64,000 nt of DNA from Octopus sinensis (taxonomy: Eukaryota): NCBI RefSeq assembly GCF_006345805.1, contig NW_021833438.1, positions 10,688 to 74,687 of the forward strand. Reading direction: 5' to 3'. A model generated the notes under the pieces. It did no database searches. It saw only the letters and a program-made list of their open reading frames with translations, and was not told the DNA's origin. Below, piece after piece: positions 22,468-35,541 of the stretch. Every line of letters starts with the position of its first letter. Within the stretch, counting starts at the first letter, position 1. A program made the translations under genes and the position numbers.

Positions 22468-22865
22468 GTTTAACGTCCGTTGGACGGTTCGACCGGGGTC
22501 TGGGAAGCCAGGGGCTGCACCAGGCTCCAGTCTGATCTGGCAGTGTTTCTACAGCTGGATGCCCTTCCTAACGCCAACCACTCCGCGAGTGTAGTGGGTG
22601 CTTTTTACGTGCCACCTGCACAGGTGCCGGGAGGGGGGTCTGGCATCGGCCACGATCGGTTGGTGCTTTCAATGTGCCACCTGCATAGGTGCCAGGGGGG
22701 TCTGGCATCGGTCACAATCGGTTGGTGCTTTCAACGTGCCACCGGCACGGAAGCCAGCCAAGGCGGTGCTGGCATCGGCCACGTTCGGATGGTGCTTTTT
22801 ATGTGCCACCGGCACAGAAGCCAGTCGAGGCGGCACTGGCTTCGGCCACTTTCGGATGGTGCTTT
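22436..22865 (-). mobile_element. SINE-like family C
   Basis: (CAT)n tail, conserved body, four diverged internal units. Confidence 0.85.
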
Positions 22866-23139
22866 GATAAATGGGAAGTGGTGTCTAGATTATCAGAAGG
22901 GGTTAGGAGCTCAATGGAACAATGTTAACTTGTCTAATTGGTTTGTCATTTATCCTTTTTCCAACTTCAGGGTAAGTTTATGTTTGGTGACAACCCAAAG
23001 AATTCTTTAGTCCCTACCGCGAAGCATGAGGGTAGATTTGTGTTGACTAAGAAGCTGGGGTTTTACAAAACCGGAAGATAAGAGCTACTAATCAGAATAT
23101 TAGAGATACAAGGAACCAAAGGTACTGTGAAAAAATGCT

Positions 23140-23527
23140 CTTTTACTCTTTTACTTGCTTCAGTCATGCGACTGTGGCCATGCTGGAGCGCTACCTTTAG
23201 TTGAACAAATCAACACCAGGACTTATTCTTTGTAAGCCTAGTACTTATTCTATTGATCTCTTTTGCCAAACCACTAAGTTATGTTGACGTAAACACACCA
23301 GCATCGGTTGTCAAGCGATGTTGGGGGGACAAACACAGACACACAAACATATATACATACATATAAACGATAGGCTTCTTTCAGTTTCAGTCTACCAGAT
23401 CCACTCACAAGGCTTTGGTCGGCCCGAGGCTACAGTAGAAGACACTTGCCCAAGGTGCCAGACAGTGGAACTGAACCCGGAACTATGTGGTTCGTAAGCA
23501 AGATACTTACCACACAGCCACTCCTAC
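23140..23527 (-). mobile_element. SINE family A, full length
   Basis: Head and tail on the minus strand. Confidence 0.85.
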
Positions 23528-23642
23528 ACAGTGCAGTTGGTAGTTCAGTTGGTCTGTGCCCATATGTGAATACGCGTATATATATGTATGTGCATACATG
23601 TATACATACAAATCCATATGTATACATACATAAACACATACA

Positions 23643-23686
<44 letters not shown>

Positions 23687-23892
23687 CATACTCATATACA
23701 CATGCATTTAATTTGTTGGACTCCGAAGACGAAAGCATTCCAACAGCCGGTCATTATACTTTTAATTGATCAATTAATCAAGTAACCTGAACTTATGAAC
23801 GCACCCAAACTGTATATCAGAAACAATTGTAAGTCGATAATGCACAAATAAATGTATGAAGCCCATTATCTGTGACTTTTTCTTATTTATAT

Positions 23893-24273
23893 ACTAGCAG
23901 TATCGCCCGGCGTTGCTTGGGCTGGTAAGGGAAATAACTATATAAGCATTTTTAGAGAGTTATAGCCAAAAAATAGCAAAAAAATGCATTAAAAATGGGA
24001 AAAATACGATGGTAAATTTTTTTTTTAATCGTTGACTCATCGTAGACATTTTTAGAGAGTTACTTCCCTTATATAATAGCGAAAAAAATGCATTATGATG
24101 GTAAATTATTTTTAAAATCGTAGACTCATCGTAGATGCGCGCTAATACCCAGAAGAGCTTGATATGAATCACGACTATAAGATACCCGGTTTTGGTTACA
24201 CTGCACCGCAAAATGTGGGAGTAGTTATGAATCTAAATCGTAGGAGACAGACACACAACTTTATATATAAAGA
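23893..24273 (-). mobile_element. Non-autonomous Helitron
   Basis: Same termini as 17998-18287, with an internal duplication. Confidence 0.85.
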
Positions 24274-24287
24274 TATATGTGTGTGTA

Positions 24288-24600
24288 TGGAGACACAATG
24301 GCCCTGTGGTTAGGGCAGCAGACTTGCGGTTGTAGGATCGTGGTTTTCATTCTCAGACCGGGCGTTGTGAGTGTTTATTGAACGAAAATCCCTAAAAGCT
24401 TCATGAGGCTCTGGCAGGGGGTGGTGGCGATCCCTGCTGTACTCTTTCGCCACAACTTTCTCTCACTCTTTCTTCTGTTGGCCTACTCGCTTAGCCAGAG
24501 GGGTGGCATCATTTGAAGGCTAAAACAATGCAAAGCGCATTGTGACCAGCGATGTGTAACAATATCTGATAGCCTGGTCAGTCACGGTGATCACGGTCAC
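24288..24600 (+). mobile_element. SINE family F variant
   Basis: Head and central part match 20396; the 3' tail differs. Confidence 0.7.
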
Positions 24601-24601
24601 A

Positions 24602-24638
<37 letters not shown>

Positions 24639-25662
24639 GTTAGTGCAAATACACAGTTTTCAAGATAGTATGTTTTATAATGATTTGATGTCAATGTGTA
24701 TATACATGAATAAGCATATCAGAAAAATGCAGGCTAGACATGCAACATGAAAGAAGCTCGAATGTCAATTGTGGAGAACATAAAATAGAGATACAAGAAG
24801 AAATTCAATTATGCTAGAACGTTCAATGGAAAGTTACTACCCAAACATTGCCAATAAAATTTATGCACACACAAACACACAGTGATGCATTTTTGGTACA
24901 GCTAGTGTTCGTTACTAAACACCATATCATTGTAAATACCGTTATCCTATCTACGTTTATCTGTAGTGAAAAATTAAGCCTATCTCATTCACATTATTGT
25001 CACCCTTTTGATGCAAACCGAACGAAAGAAGTGTATTGTTTGCTTATATATAACATACAATTATATAATCAAATATTGTTACATACAAAATGAAAGTGAA
25101 ACGATGGAAGCCGATATCAAGATATTTAATAGCAATGTAATCTTAGTATTATTTATTTTGAAAAGGAAACTACTAAAAGTATATTTACTGTTGTGAAAGC
25201 AATGCAATATTAATTCTTAGTAGAACATCAGCAAATCATGCAGCATTCAAAATACAAGATTTAAAGCAGACAGTTATGAGATGAAATATAGCAAAGCAGT
25301 TGTTAACAGAATGTGCATTTAATATTAAAAAAGCAGTGATGAATAAATGATGTTTATTAACTGAAGAAAAAACAATGCAATATAAACTGTAATAATAAAG
25401 GCAAATCCAAACAACTGCAATGGTTTCAGCAGAAAAAACTGTCTGTGGCTCAAATAGGCTAAAAATAAAATAGTATCAATATTACGTTTATATATTTGTT
25501 TTGCAAGATTCTTGATGTGAAATTGTGTGTTGAAACAGATATTGTTGTATTTAGGAATGGTCATGTTGCCAGTTTAGTCAATAAAAACACACGCACTATA
25601 TATTTGGTGTTAATTTGCTTCAGCTTTATAATTTTTTACATTAATCTTAATCTTATTTCAGT

Positions 25663-25700
25663 CAGAGTTCTTTTGTCACACTTCTGTGACCTCATCAGTG
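25663..25700 (-). ncRNA. Hammerhead motif in a PLE 3' region (G12A substitution)
   Basis: Reverse complement: CA CTGATGA G GTCAC AGAAGT GTGAC AAAA G AA C TC TG. Confidence 0.5.
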
Positions 25701-26055
25701 GTCCTTTGCTTTCTTCTTTCTTATTTGTGTGTCTCTCCTTACTAACGATCAGCCATTTTGTATTTTGTATTCCTATTGTATGTGTCTTCATTTGCGCATG
25801 CGTATGTGTGTCTATGTTTAGTTAGTGTGTGTGTGGGGGGGGAGTGCCTGTATTATTTGTATCTCCTGTTTATACACGTTCGTGTAATTTGTTTTTGTTT
25901 ATTTTGTTCATTGTTTATATGTTTATACCTACTTATTTTATTTATATTTAATTAAATTAATTTTTAAAAAAATTTGTTAATGTATATAGTTATTTAATTC
26001 CATTTGTTTATCTGTGTATTTTATTGTTTTTTGATTTGTTTCTATTGTTATCAGT

Positions 26056-26220
26056 TTATGGGGATCTTATTCTGTCATATGTTATGGTGTGTTGGAGGTG
26101 TGTGCTAGTGTTCCATTCCAGTTTCCTATTTAGGCTAGGTTTATCTTCTATTATGTATGTAGCTTCTGTAATTTGTCTAATTGTTGCATCTGTTCTATGT
26201 GTAGACAAGATTTTAACAAT
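26056..26220 (-). pseudogene. C-terminus of a Penelope-like GIY-YIG endonuclease ORF
   Basis: IVKILSTHRTDATIRQITEATYIIEDKPSLNRKLEW followed by a stop; fits the KIL..R.I.EA..I....P.LN end motif of PLE endonucleases. Confidence 0.6.
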
Positions 26221-26419
26221 GTCGACCCCTCTATATTTAGCCCCCTGTGGGCAATAAAGAAATAAATGTTGGTCATATAGAAATTCAAAGGTGAGGTTAC
26301 TTGTGTTCCAGTCTTGAACCCTTCACTCAGGCCAGGGACAGAATAAAAGAGTTTACTGTATATCATTGCGCATACATTATCAGAAGTCCTTGATAAAGAT
26401 GCCTTTCTAAAAATAATTG

Positions 26420-27195
26420 CTCAGCTGGTACTTATTTTATCAACCTAGAAAAGATAAAAAGGAAAAGTCGACCTCGGCAAAATTTGAACTCAGAACATAA
26501 AGCCTGAAGAAACACCGCTAAACATTTTGTCAGGTGTGCTACCAATTCTGCCAGCTTGCCACCTTTTTTTTCTTTTTTCTTTACTGCCCACAAGGGGCTA
26601 CATAACAGAAGGGACAAACAAGGACAGACAAACGGATTAAGTCGATTATATCGTCCCCAGTGCGTAATTGGTACTTAATTTATCGACCCCGAAAGGATGA
26701 AAGGCAAAGTTGACCTCGGCGGAATTTGAACTCAGAACGTAACGTCAGGCGAAATACCTATTTCTTTATTACCCACAAGGGGCTAAACACAGAGGGGACA
26801 AACAAGGACAGACAAATGGATTAAGTCGATTATATCGTCCCCAGTGCGTAACTGGTACTTATTTAATCGACCCCGAAAGGATGAAAGGAAAAGTTGACCT
26901 CAGCGGAATTTGAACTCAGAACGTAACGGCAGACGAAATACCACTAAGCATTTCGCACGGCATGCTAACATTTCTGCCAGCTTGCCACCTTTAACGGTTT
27001 CAAATTTAGGGAACAAGGCCAGCAGTTGTAGGGATGGGTGGAAATCGATTAGATCAAACCTAGAATTCACCTTTTTTTTTTTAAACAATTTTTATCAACC
27101 ATGAAAGGATAAAAGACAAAGTCTACCTCGACAGAATTTGAACTCAGAACATAAAAAGAATCGAAAGAATTACCATGATGTACTTTTTCCCAATT
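26420..27195 (-). mobile_element. SINE family B tandem array of about four units
   Basis: Repeated GAAAGGATGAAAGGCAAAGTTGACCTCGGCGGAATTTGAACTCAGAAC. Confidence 0.85.
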
Positions 27196-27519
27196 GATCT
27201 AACAAGTCTACCAGCTCACCTGCTTCGTGAGTGTAAGTCTTGTAAAATATATTTTTTATTGGACTTAAAAGTCATGGACTAAACGTGTGTATGTGTGCAC
27301 AGTATTTGCATTTGTGTGTTTGTGTGTGTGTGTATGTGTGTGTAGCAGTGGTACATCCAAGTGTATGTGAGCATTACAGAATTATTGGTTTTATTTGACA
27401 AATTGTGAATGGTTCGAGGCTTAATCAGAAGAGAGGAGTTATAAATCTTGTTACAGAGTTTTCTGGTTGTAGTTTGGGTGTGCTGTGGTTATTTATATGT
27501 GATGGGCTTGCCATAAGAG

Positions 27520-28322
27520 ATTATCATCATCACCATCATCATTATCATCATCATCATCATCGTCGTCATCATCACTGCCAGCAGCAGCTGCAGCAGTAGC
27601 GCTTCCATCAGCTTCTTTACTACTTCCATAATCATAGCCGTCATCGTTGTTGTCGTTGACATACATCATCATCATCATCATCATCACCGCCGTTGCCACC
27701 ACCACCACCACGATCTCTTCTCCTCCTCCTCCTCATCATCATTGTCATCATCACCGCTGCTACCATCACCACCACCACCACCACCTCGATCCCTACTTCT
27801 CCTCCTCATCATCATCATTATCATCATCACCACCACCATTACCACCACCACCACCACAATCCCTCCTCCACTTCCTCCTCCCCCTCCTCCTCCTCCTCAT
27901 ATTCATTGTCATCATCACCGCTGCCATCACCACCACCACCATCACTGCTGCCGCCACCATCACCACCACCACTGCCACAATCCCTTCTTCTCCTCCTACT
28001 CCTCCTCCTCATCAATTATCATCATCACCGCTGCTGCCACCACCACCACCACGATCCCTTCACCTTCCTCCTCCTCCTACTCCTCATCATCATCAATTAT
28101 CACCATCACTGCCGCCACCACCACCACCACAGTCCTTTCTCCTTCTCTTCCTCTTCCTCATCATCATCATGATCACGACAAAGACGACTATGACGATGTC
28201 GTCATCCTCATTATCTTCAACGTTATCGCTACCATTATCATTACCATCATTACCACCATCATCATCAATCATCATTCTCCATCATCATCATAATGGTAAT
28301 TAATCATCATTATTATCATCAT
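27520..28322. repeat. Low-complexity (CAT/CAC/CCT)n trinucleotide mosaic
   Basis: Seen directly; poly-H/P/T/S ORFs arise from composition. Confidence 0.9.
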
Positions 28323-28334
28323 AGTTATCTTACT

Positions 28335-29490
28335 GAACACTTGGTTTCCTTAGAAGGACAATGCAAGGGAAGGAAAAAGCAAGGAAAGGACAATGCAAAG
28401 GAAGGACAATGCTATGGAAGGACAAAGCAAGGGAAGGACAGTGCAAGGAAAAGACAGTGCAAAAGAATTGCAATACAAGGGAAGGACAATGCAAGGGAAG
28501 GACAATGCAATGGATGGACAATGCAAGGGAAGGACAATACAAGAGAAGGACAATGCAAGGAAAGGACAATGCAAGGGAAGGACAATGCAAAAGAATTGCA
28601 ATACAAGGGAAGGACAATGCAAGGGAAGGACAATGCAAAAGAAGGACAATGCAAGTGAAGGATAATGCAAGGGAAGGTCAATGGAAGGGAAGGACAATGC
28701 AAAAGAATTGCAATACAAGGGAAGGACAATGCAAGGAAAGGAAAATGCAAGGGAAGGACAACGCAAGGGAAGAACAATGCAAGGAAAGGACAATGCAAGG
28801 AAAGGAAAATGCAAGGGAAGGACAATGCAATGGATGGACAATGCAAGGGAAGGACAATACAAGAGAAGGACAATGCAAGTGAAGGATAATGTAAGGGAAG
28901 GTCAATAGAAGGGAAGCACAATGCAAAAGAATTGCAATACAAGGGAAGGACAATGCAAATAAGGATAATGAAAGGGAAGGAGAATGCAAGGAAAGGACAA
29001 TGCAAGGAAAGGACAATGCAAGGAAAGGAAAATGCAAGGGAAGGACAATGCAATGGATGGACAATGCAAGGGAAGGACAATACAAGAGAAGGACAATGCA
29101 AGTGAAGGATAATGTAAGGGAAGGTCAATAGAAGGGAAGCACAATGCAAAAGAATTGCAATACAAGGGAAGGACAATACAAGAGAAGGACAATGCAAGTG
29201 AAGGATAATGCAAGGGAAGGACAATGCAAGGAAAGGACAATGCAAGGAAAGGACAATGCAAGGGAAGGACAATGCAAGGGAAGGACAATGCAAGGGAAGG
29301 TCAATGGAAGGGAAGGGTAATATGAGGGAAGGACAATGCAAGGGAAGGACAATACAAGAGAAGGAAAATGTGAGGGAAGGATAATGCAAGGGAAGGACAA
29401 TACAAGGGACAGAGAATGCAGGGAAGGACAATGCAAGGAAAAGACAATACAAGGGAAGGAAAATGCAAAGAGAAGACAATGCATGGGAAG
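28335..29490. repeat. Purine-rich 16-bp minisatellite (GGACAATGCAAGGGAA) with higher-order variants
   Basis: About 1.15 kb of tandem units with recurring variant blocks such as AAAAGAATTGCAATACAAGGGAA. Confidence 0.95.
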
Positions 29491-29989
29491 AACGGAGATC
29501 TCAGACTGAAGCCCAAATGCTTACAACAGACTTATCCTTGAATGCTTTTAGATTCAAGGATATAGGTTGTATTGTTACACAAGACAATGGAACAAGCACA
29601 CGAAACAATTAAGCCAAAGCTGAGTTTGTACTCAGAACGCAAAGAGCTGGAACAAATGACACAAAGCATCCTGCCAAATTCTCTAACGATTCTGCCAATC
29701 TACCGTGTTAGAATGGGCCTTTATTTTGCAACTCCAGAAGGTAAAAAGGGATGTAAGATGTCTGAATAAACAGTATAAAAACTTAGTCATTTGCTGTTCT
29801 AAGAATTTTTTTTTTATTTGCCAGTATGTAGATAAATATTCACATATATGCAAATATCCACACATGCAAATATCTATACACTCAGACATTTAACCATACA
29901 CAGAGACATACATATATAAATATGCATGTACGTACGTCGAGTATGGCACAGAAAGACAAAGAATGATAGAGATTATATTTCAACAATAT

Positions 29990-30028
<39 letters not shown>

Positions 30029-31197
30029 GTGTGTCCCAAAAGTCACTGATGGGTTTTAATATTTAATAACTTCCTTCAATTTATAAATAAATGCATGAAA
30101 TTTTGATACAATATAAAGGACACAATGGAAATTAATACACACAAGTCAATTATATGTAATCTTTCCATACCTTTTTCCTTATTTAAAACCTTGTGCTGTT
30201 TAATGATTGAGCGGGCATGTCGCTCATGACATACATATATGCATGCACACATACATACATACCTGCATACATACATGCATACACATGCATATGCACGTGT
30301 GCACACATATACAAATATATAAACATACACTCACACACACATACACATATATATATATTCTTTCTAGAACGGTGACTCTTGAAGCAGATAAAGCTATAAA
30401 TAAAGTGTGTAAATATTGGGTTAAAACCCTTTTGGATAGAAAATGTCAAAGGCTGGTCCTAAGGGTTTGAACAAAATATTTACAGGCTATTTTTTTATAG
30501 CTTTCTCTGCTTCAAGATTCACCATTCCTAAAAGGAATTACTTCACGTTCTCGAAGTTTCTAAATTCTTATGATGTAAACATTATATGTGTGTGTGTATG
30601 TGTGTTGCTCTCTCTGAGATATATATGTATATATTTATATACACACACATACATATATGCATATATATATGTGTGTATATATATACACATATATATATGC
30701 ATATATATATGTGTATATATATATATGTATATATATACACATACATATATGCAAATATATATATGTGTATATATATATATGTATATATTTATATGTATGT
30801 GTGTGTGTATATATATATATATGTAGAAGGTTGAACAGGAACACAAGAGTTGATATATATATGGAAAAAAAAAGTCAAGGTAGAAAATGCTAAAATAATT
30901 TTATAAAAAACATTTCAGTACCGGTTTCAGTCATTGAGACTTTTTCAAGAAAAGTTTTTTGAAAGAACATTTGCATAGTATTCAAATACAAGAGACATTT
31001 TTCTTGTTTCTGCCTGTTTCTGTCTCTCTTGTTTACTCTTGTGGGTTTGAGGTTGTTGTGAATTCTTGGCAGGGAAGAAAAAGAAGGAGAAGAAGAAGAA
31101 GTGGAAGTGAGGGGAGGAGAAGGAAGGGGAGAAGATGATGATGATGATGATGAAGAAGAAGAAGAAGATTAACATATAAAGACATCTAATCTTGGCT

Positions 31198-31270
31198 TTC
31201 CTGCTGATGATAGCTTCGCCTTGTAAATTATTTTATTTACTGAAGATAGCTTGAAACCATGGTACAGGAA
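31198..31270 (+). ncRNA. Type I hammerhead ribozyme motif with a canonical core
   Basis: TTCCTG CTGATGA TAGCT..GTAAAT/ATTTAC..AGCTT GAAAC CATG GTA CAGGAA; 6-bp stem I; palindrome ACCATGGT. Confidence 0.75.
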
Positions 31271-31544
31271 ATTGAGGGTAAATGTTTATATTTTTCATTC
31301 CCTTTCGAAATTACTCCTAATAGTGGTCTGGAGTTTAGCTACTACTTCTAGCTAGTCAGATGTCCTCTTATGGCCATCTCTTATGTGTTTAAATGTACAC
31401 TGTATTTATATATGAATAATATATAGTCTATTGACTAGTTTTTTCTTCTTGCTAGACCACTGGTAGCAAAGAAATTTTCTAAATTTTTTTGCTACTCTGG
31501 AATTTCTTAAAAAAAATATATATATATATATATATATATATCTA

Positions 31545-33477
31545 CACCCTTGGCCAAAACTATTAGGCCACCCCAATGTTTTGGAGCTCTGCTATTTCAA
31601 TGTTAATGAAACTCATGCATGTGGTAGATTATGGTATATTTCACAATATACATTAGTTTTAATATCTGGCTGACCCTCCTTTAGCATCAATTACTGCTTT
31701 TATACGGTTAGGCATTGAGTCAACTAGTTTCTTGCAGGTACTTGGTGCAATTTTACTCCATTCTTCTCTCAACTTTTGGTACAAATGCTCTTTATTTTTA
31801 ATTGTTGTATTCCTGATAATTTCACCAAGAGTTCCCCATATGTGTTTGATCGGATTTAGATCAGGGCCTTTGAGCTGGCCAGTCGATGGGAACAACACCC
31901 AGTGTCTCAAACCATTGATGAGTATTCTTTGTTGTATGACATGGAGCATTGTCCTGTTGAAAGATAACACTGTTTTTCGACACTCCTGGACGCTATTTAG
32001 CAATTGATGGCTCTAAAACATCTGGTAACATAGAAACATAGGTAACTGAATTCATCCTTCCCTGACATAAAAACATTTCTCTGGGTCTGGTTGCAAACAT
32101 GCAGGCCCACACCATGATAAAACTGCCCCCATGTTTTACAATTGGTACCAGACATTCAGCCTTAAATGCTTCCCCAACTCAGTGATGTACGAAAGTTGCA
32201 CCAGATGTACCGAAAACCTGAGTAAAAACATAAAAAATTATATTAGCTTTATGTTGGATACTCTTTTATATATTTTGGGCAACAAGCCAGATACATTAAG
32301 TTTATATGTTGATTGAATACATGTACTTTTTACCTCATAGTTACTTTCATCAGACCATGTGACTTTCGACCGTTGCTCACTTGTCCAATTTGAGTAGTTT
32401 TTGGTCCACTGAAGATGTTTTTTCATATTCGCTTCAGAAACCTATGGCTTCTTCCTGGCTTTATAGACTTTCAGACTATAATCTATAAGCCTTCTTCTAA
32501 CAGTTCTGGTTGATATTTGTGAAGTACTTGCCTTGTTGAAGTCTGCACTGAGCTCCGACGATATTTTTCTTCTGTTTCTGGAGTGGCTGTGTGGTAAGTA
32601 GCTTGTTTACCAACCACATGGTTCCGGGTTCAGTCCCACTGCGTGGCACCTTGGGCAAGTGTCTTCTACTATAGCCTCAGGCTGACCAAAGCCTTGTGAG
32701 TGGATTTGGTAGACAGAAACTGAAAGAAGCCCGTCGTATATATGTATATATATGCGTGTGTGTGTTTGTATGTCTGTGTTTGTCCCCCTAGCATTGCTTG
32801 ACAACCAATGCTGGCGTGTTTATGTCCCCGTTACTTAGCGGTTCGGCAAAAGAGACCGATAGAATAAGTACTGGGCTTACAAAAGAATAAGTCCCGGTGT
32901 CGAGTTGCTCGATTAAAGGTGGTGCTCCAGCATGGCCGCAGTCAAATGACTGAAACAAGTAAAAGAGTAACTGATGGATGATGGATCTGTCATCACAAGG
33001 TGATGTAGCCTTTTTTCTACCTCTTCTTTGTATTGTCTTCACATTTTCTGTCCCACTAGAATACTTGAGAGTCATTTATTCCGCACATCGAGAACATTTC
33101 ATCTTCTGAGCTATTTGCCTTTGAGACATTCCATCTTCATGATGAGCTATGATTTGACCTCACTCACACTCACTCAATTCCCTTGTTTTAGGCATTTTAC
33201 TGTTTATTAACTGTATCTACAATGTATTTTAGCATAAAACTCTGAAATAATCAAGGAAATATAAGTTAATTTTGGACGTTGGTCTTACTCATAATTGGTT
33301 ACATATGTCCAGTACAGTATAAAAGCGGTAATTGATGCTAAAGGAGGGTCAACCAGATATTAAAACTAATGTATATTGTGAAATATACCATAAACCACCA
33401 TGTGCATGAGTTTCATTAACATTGAGATAGCAGAATCCCAAAACATTGGGGTAGCCTAATACTTTTAGCCAAGGCTG
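31545..33477 (-). mobile_element. Tc1-like DNA transposon with long (~190 bp) TIRs and an inactive transposase
   Basis: TIR CA(G/C)CCTTGGCCAAAA..; minus-strand fragments WSDESNYEV and GPDLNPIKHIW..IDAKGGSARY; interrupted by a SINE A. Confidence 0.9.
32578..32968 (+). mobile_element. SINE family A inserted in the Tc1 transposase
   Basis: Near-complete SINE A between two transposase segments. Confidence 0.9.
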
Positions 33478-33481
33478 TGTG

Positions 33482-33995
33482 TGTGTGATCATCTTTGCAA
33501 CTATAATTTGCAGAACTATACACGAGACATCCGCATAAGATTTAACATGTATACAGTTCTACCAATTACAATTGGGATCACTTTTCAAAAGCCTTTGTTT
33601 TGGTGCACCAAACTACTGGAAATATTTCTACAGAAAATAATTTTCTGCAGAATATAATTTTTTCTGAAACATCAGATTTTTAAATATGCTAGACCACTGC
33701 TAGACCAATTGATATTAATCAAATTAATATTTAATTTTTCACCCTTATTATCTAAAATTTAAATTTAAATAGCTATGTTCTCTAACTGACAAAATTCACT
33801 GCAGAGAATTATTTTCTTCAGAAATATTTCTGGTAGTTTGTCATGCCAAAACGAAGGCTTTTGAAAAGTGACCCCAATTGTAATTGGTAGAACTGTATAC
33901 GTCTTGTGTAAAGTGTTGTATACGTCTTGTGTAAAGTCTTGCGGACGTCTTGTGTAAAGTTCTGCAAATTATAGGTGCTAAGATGATCACACTAA
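33482..33995. mobile_element. Outer palindromic MITE with ~65-bp arms
   Basis: GTGATCATCTTTGCAACTATAATTTGCAGAACT versus AGTTCTGCAAATTATAGGTGCTAAGATGATCAC. Confidence 0.7.
33554..33895. mobile_element. Tc1/mariner-type MITE nested in the outer MITE
   Basis: TA-CAGTTCTACCAATTACAATTGGG..CCCAATTGTAATTGGTAGAACTG-TA; ~90-bp TIRs and TA TSD. Confidence 0.9.
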
Positions 33996-34554
33996 CGAGT
34001 TGCGGATAATTACATAAATGATTACGGAAGCATTAACAACAAAACCTGGTTTGTGGTTAATCTATATTTTGTATCTTTTCATTTGTCTTGCTTGCTTACG
34101 TTCTGGCGTTTGCTAAATTTTCTTGAGAACATTCCTTTCTTAGTGGTAAGACCATGGTGGATCTTCTTCTAGCATAATGTATGTCCACATACAGGTCATC
34201 CCTTTTATATGTATATAATATAATTTTTTCTGAAACTTCAGATTTTTAAATATGCTAGGCCACTGGTTTTAAATTGATATTAATCAAATTAATATTCAAT
34301 TTTTCACCCTTATTATTTTAAATTTATATACACACACACACACACACAAAAAGATAAATTGATAGATACAACTGAGTGGGCAAACAAATATGACACACTG
34401 CCTAGTGCTATTTTTTTATTTTGATAAGCCTGGTACTTATTCTATCAATTTCTTGTAAAACCAGTAAGTTATGGGGATGTAAATAAAAGAACAGCAGTTG
34501 TGAAGCAGTGATGAGGGAGAAACACAGAGACAAAGACACACACATACACTTACA

Positions 34555-34584
34555 TATATACATACATACATACATACATATATG

Positions 34585-34617
<33 letters not shown>

Positions 34618-34816
34618 CTGCACTAATGTACATATGTGTGTGTATATGTATGCGTGTATATATGTGTATATATATGTGTACATATTACATGTATATCGAT
34701 CTATATATCTATCTATCTATCTATATACATGTATATATATACATCTATACATATACATGTATACATATACATCTATATATACATACATTTATATATATAT
34801 ACATTTTTGCAGATGT

Positions 34817-34893
<77 letters not shown>

Positions 34894-34935
34894 ATATTAG
34901 TATGTATGCATATATACATCTTCAAAAATGTATAT
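34555..34935. repeat. (TA)n/(TACA)n microsatellite mosaic
   Basis: Seen directly. Confidence 0.95.
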
Positions 34936-35320
34936 TTATGTATGCCTGTATATATGTGAGATAATAGTTTCAGTATTAAAGTGAAACTATTAAAGTGAAA
35001 GTACAATAGAGATGTTTTTGTTTCACTTTTAATACGTAATACTGAAATAGTGGAGAAGATATGATATTCCTGTGGGCTCGCACTAGGCAAGAAGTTAAAA
35101 ATTTATTTGGCCTATGACACTACATGAACCCTAAGTAAGGCATATGTAAAATTTGAATGAAATTGGTTGTGTAGTTCTCAAGTTTTAGGGATTCACACAG
35201 ACAGATACACAGACAGACAGATAGATATTCTCATCTTTATATATATATATATTCATACATGCATATATATATATAAAGCATGATTTATTCGCGATCAGTT
35301 GTTAAAAAACCAAGCTACTA

Positions 35321-35378
<58 letters not shown>

Positions 35379-35472
35379 TTTTGTATGTATGTATGTATTT
35401 ATGTATGTATGTTGTATGTATTTATGTATGTACGTATAAATATGTATACACACACACACATATATTTATATA

Positions 35473-35541
<69 letters not shown>

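Larger units (their letters stand above)
21741..23060 (+). pseudogene. Degraded Tc1-like transposase split by two family C insertions
   Basis: Starts MRDLSDF; continues KIMLAFQNQSGTSSGK at 22170-22260; P-T-x-K-H-like remnant near 23010; many stops and frameshifts. Confidence 0.6.

Noticed and set aside
27647-28303. 218-aa His/Pro/Thr-rich ORF
   Set aside because: Trinucleotide low complexity; several frames are open and there is no splice or domain support
28293-29516. Long Cys/Pro/Leu-rich or Gly/Lys/Gln-rich ORFs
   Set aside because: Translations of the 16-bp repeat on both strands
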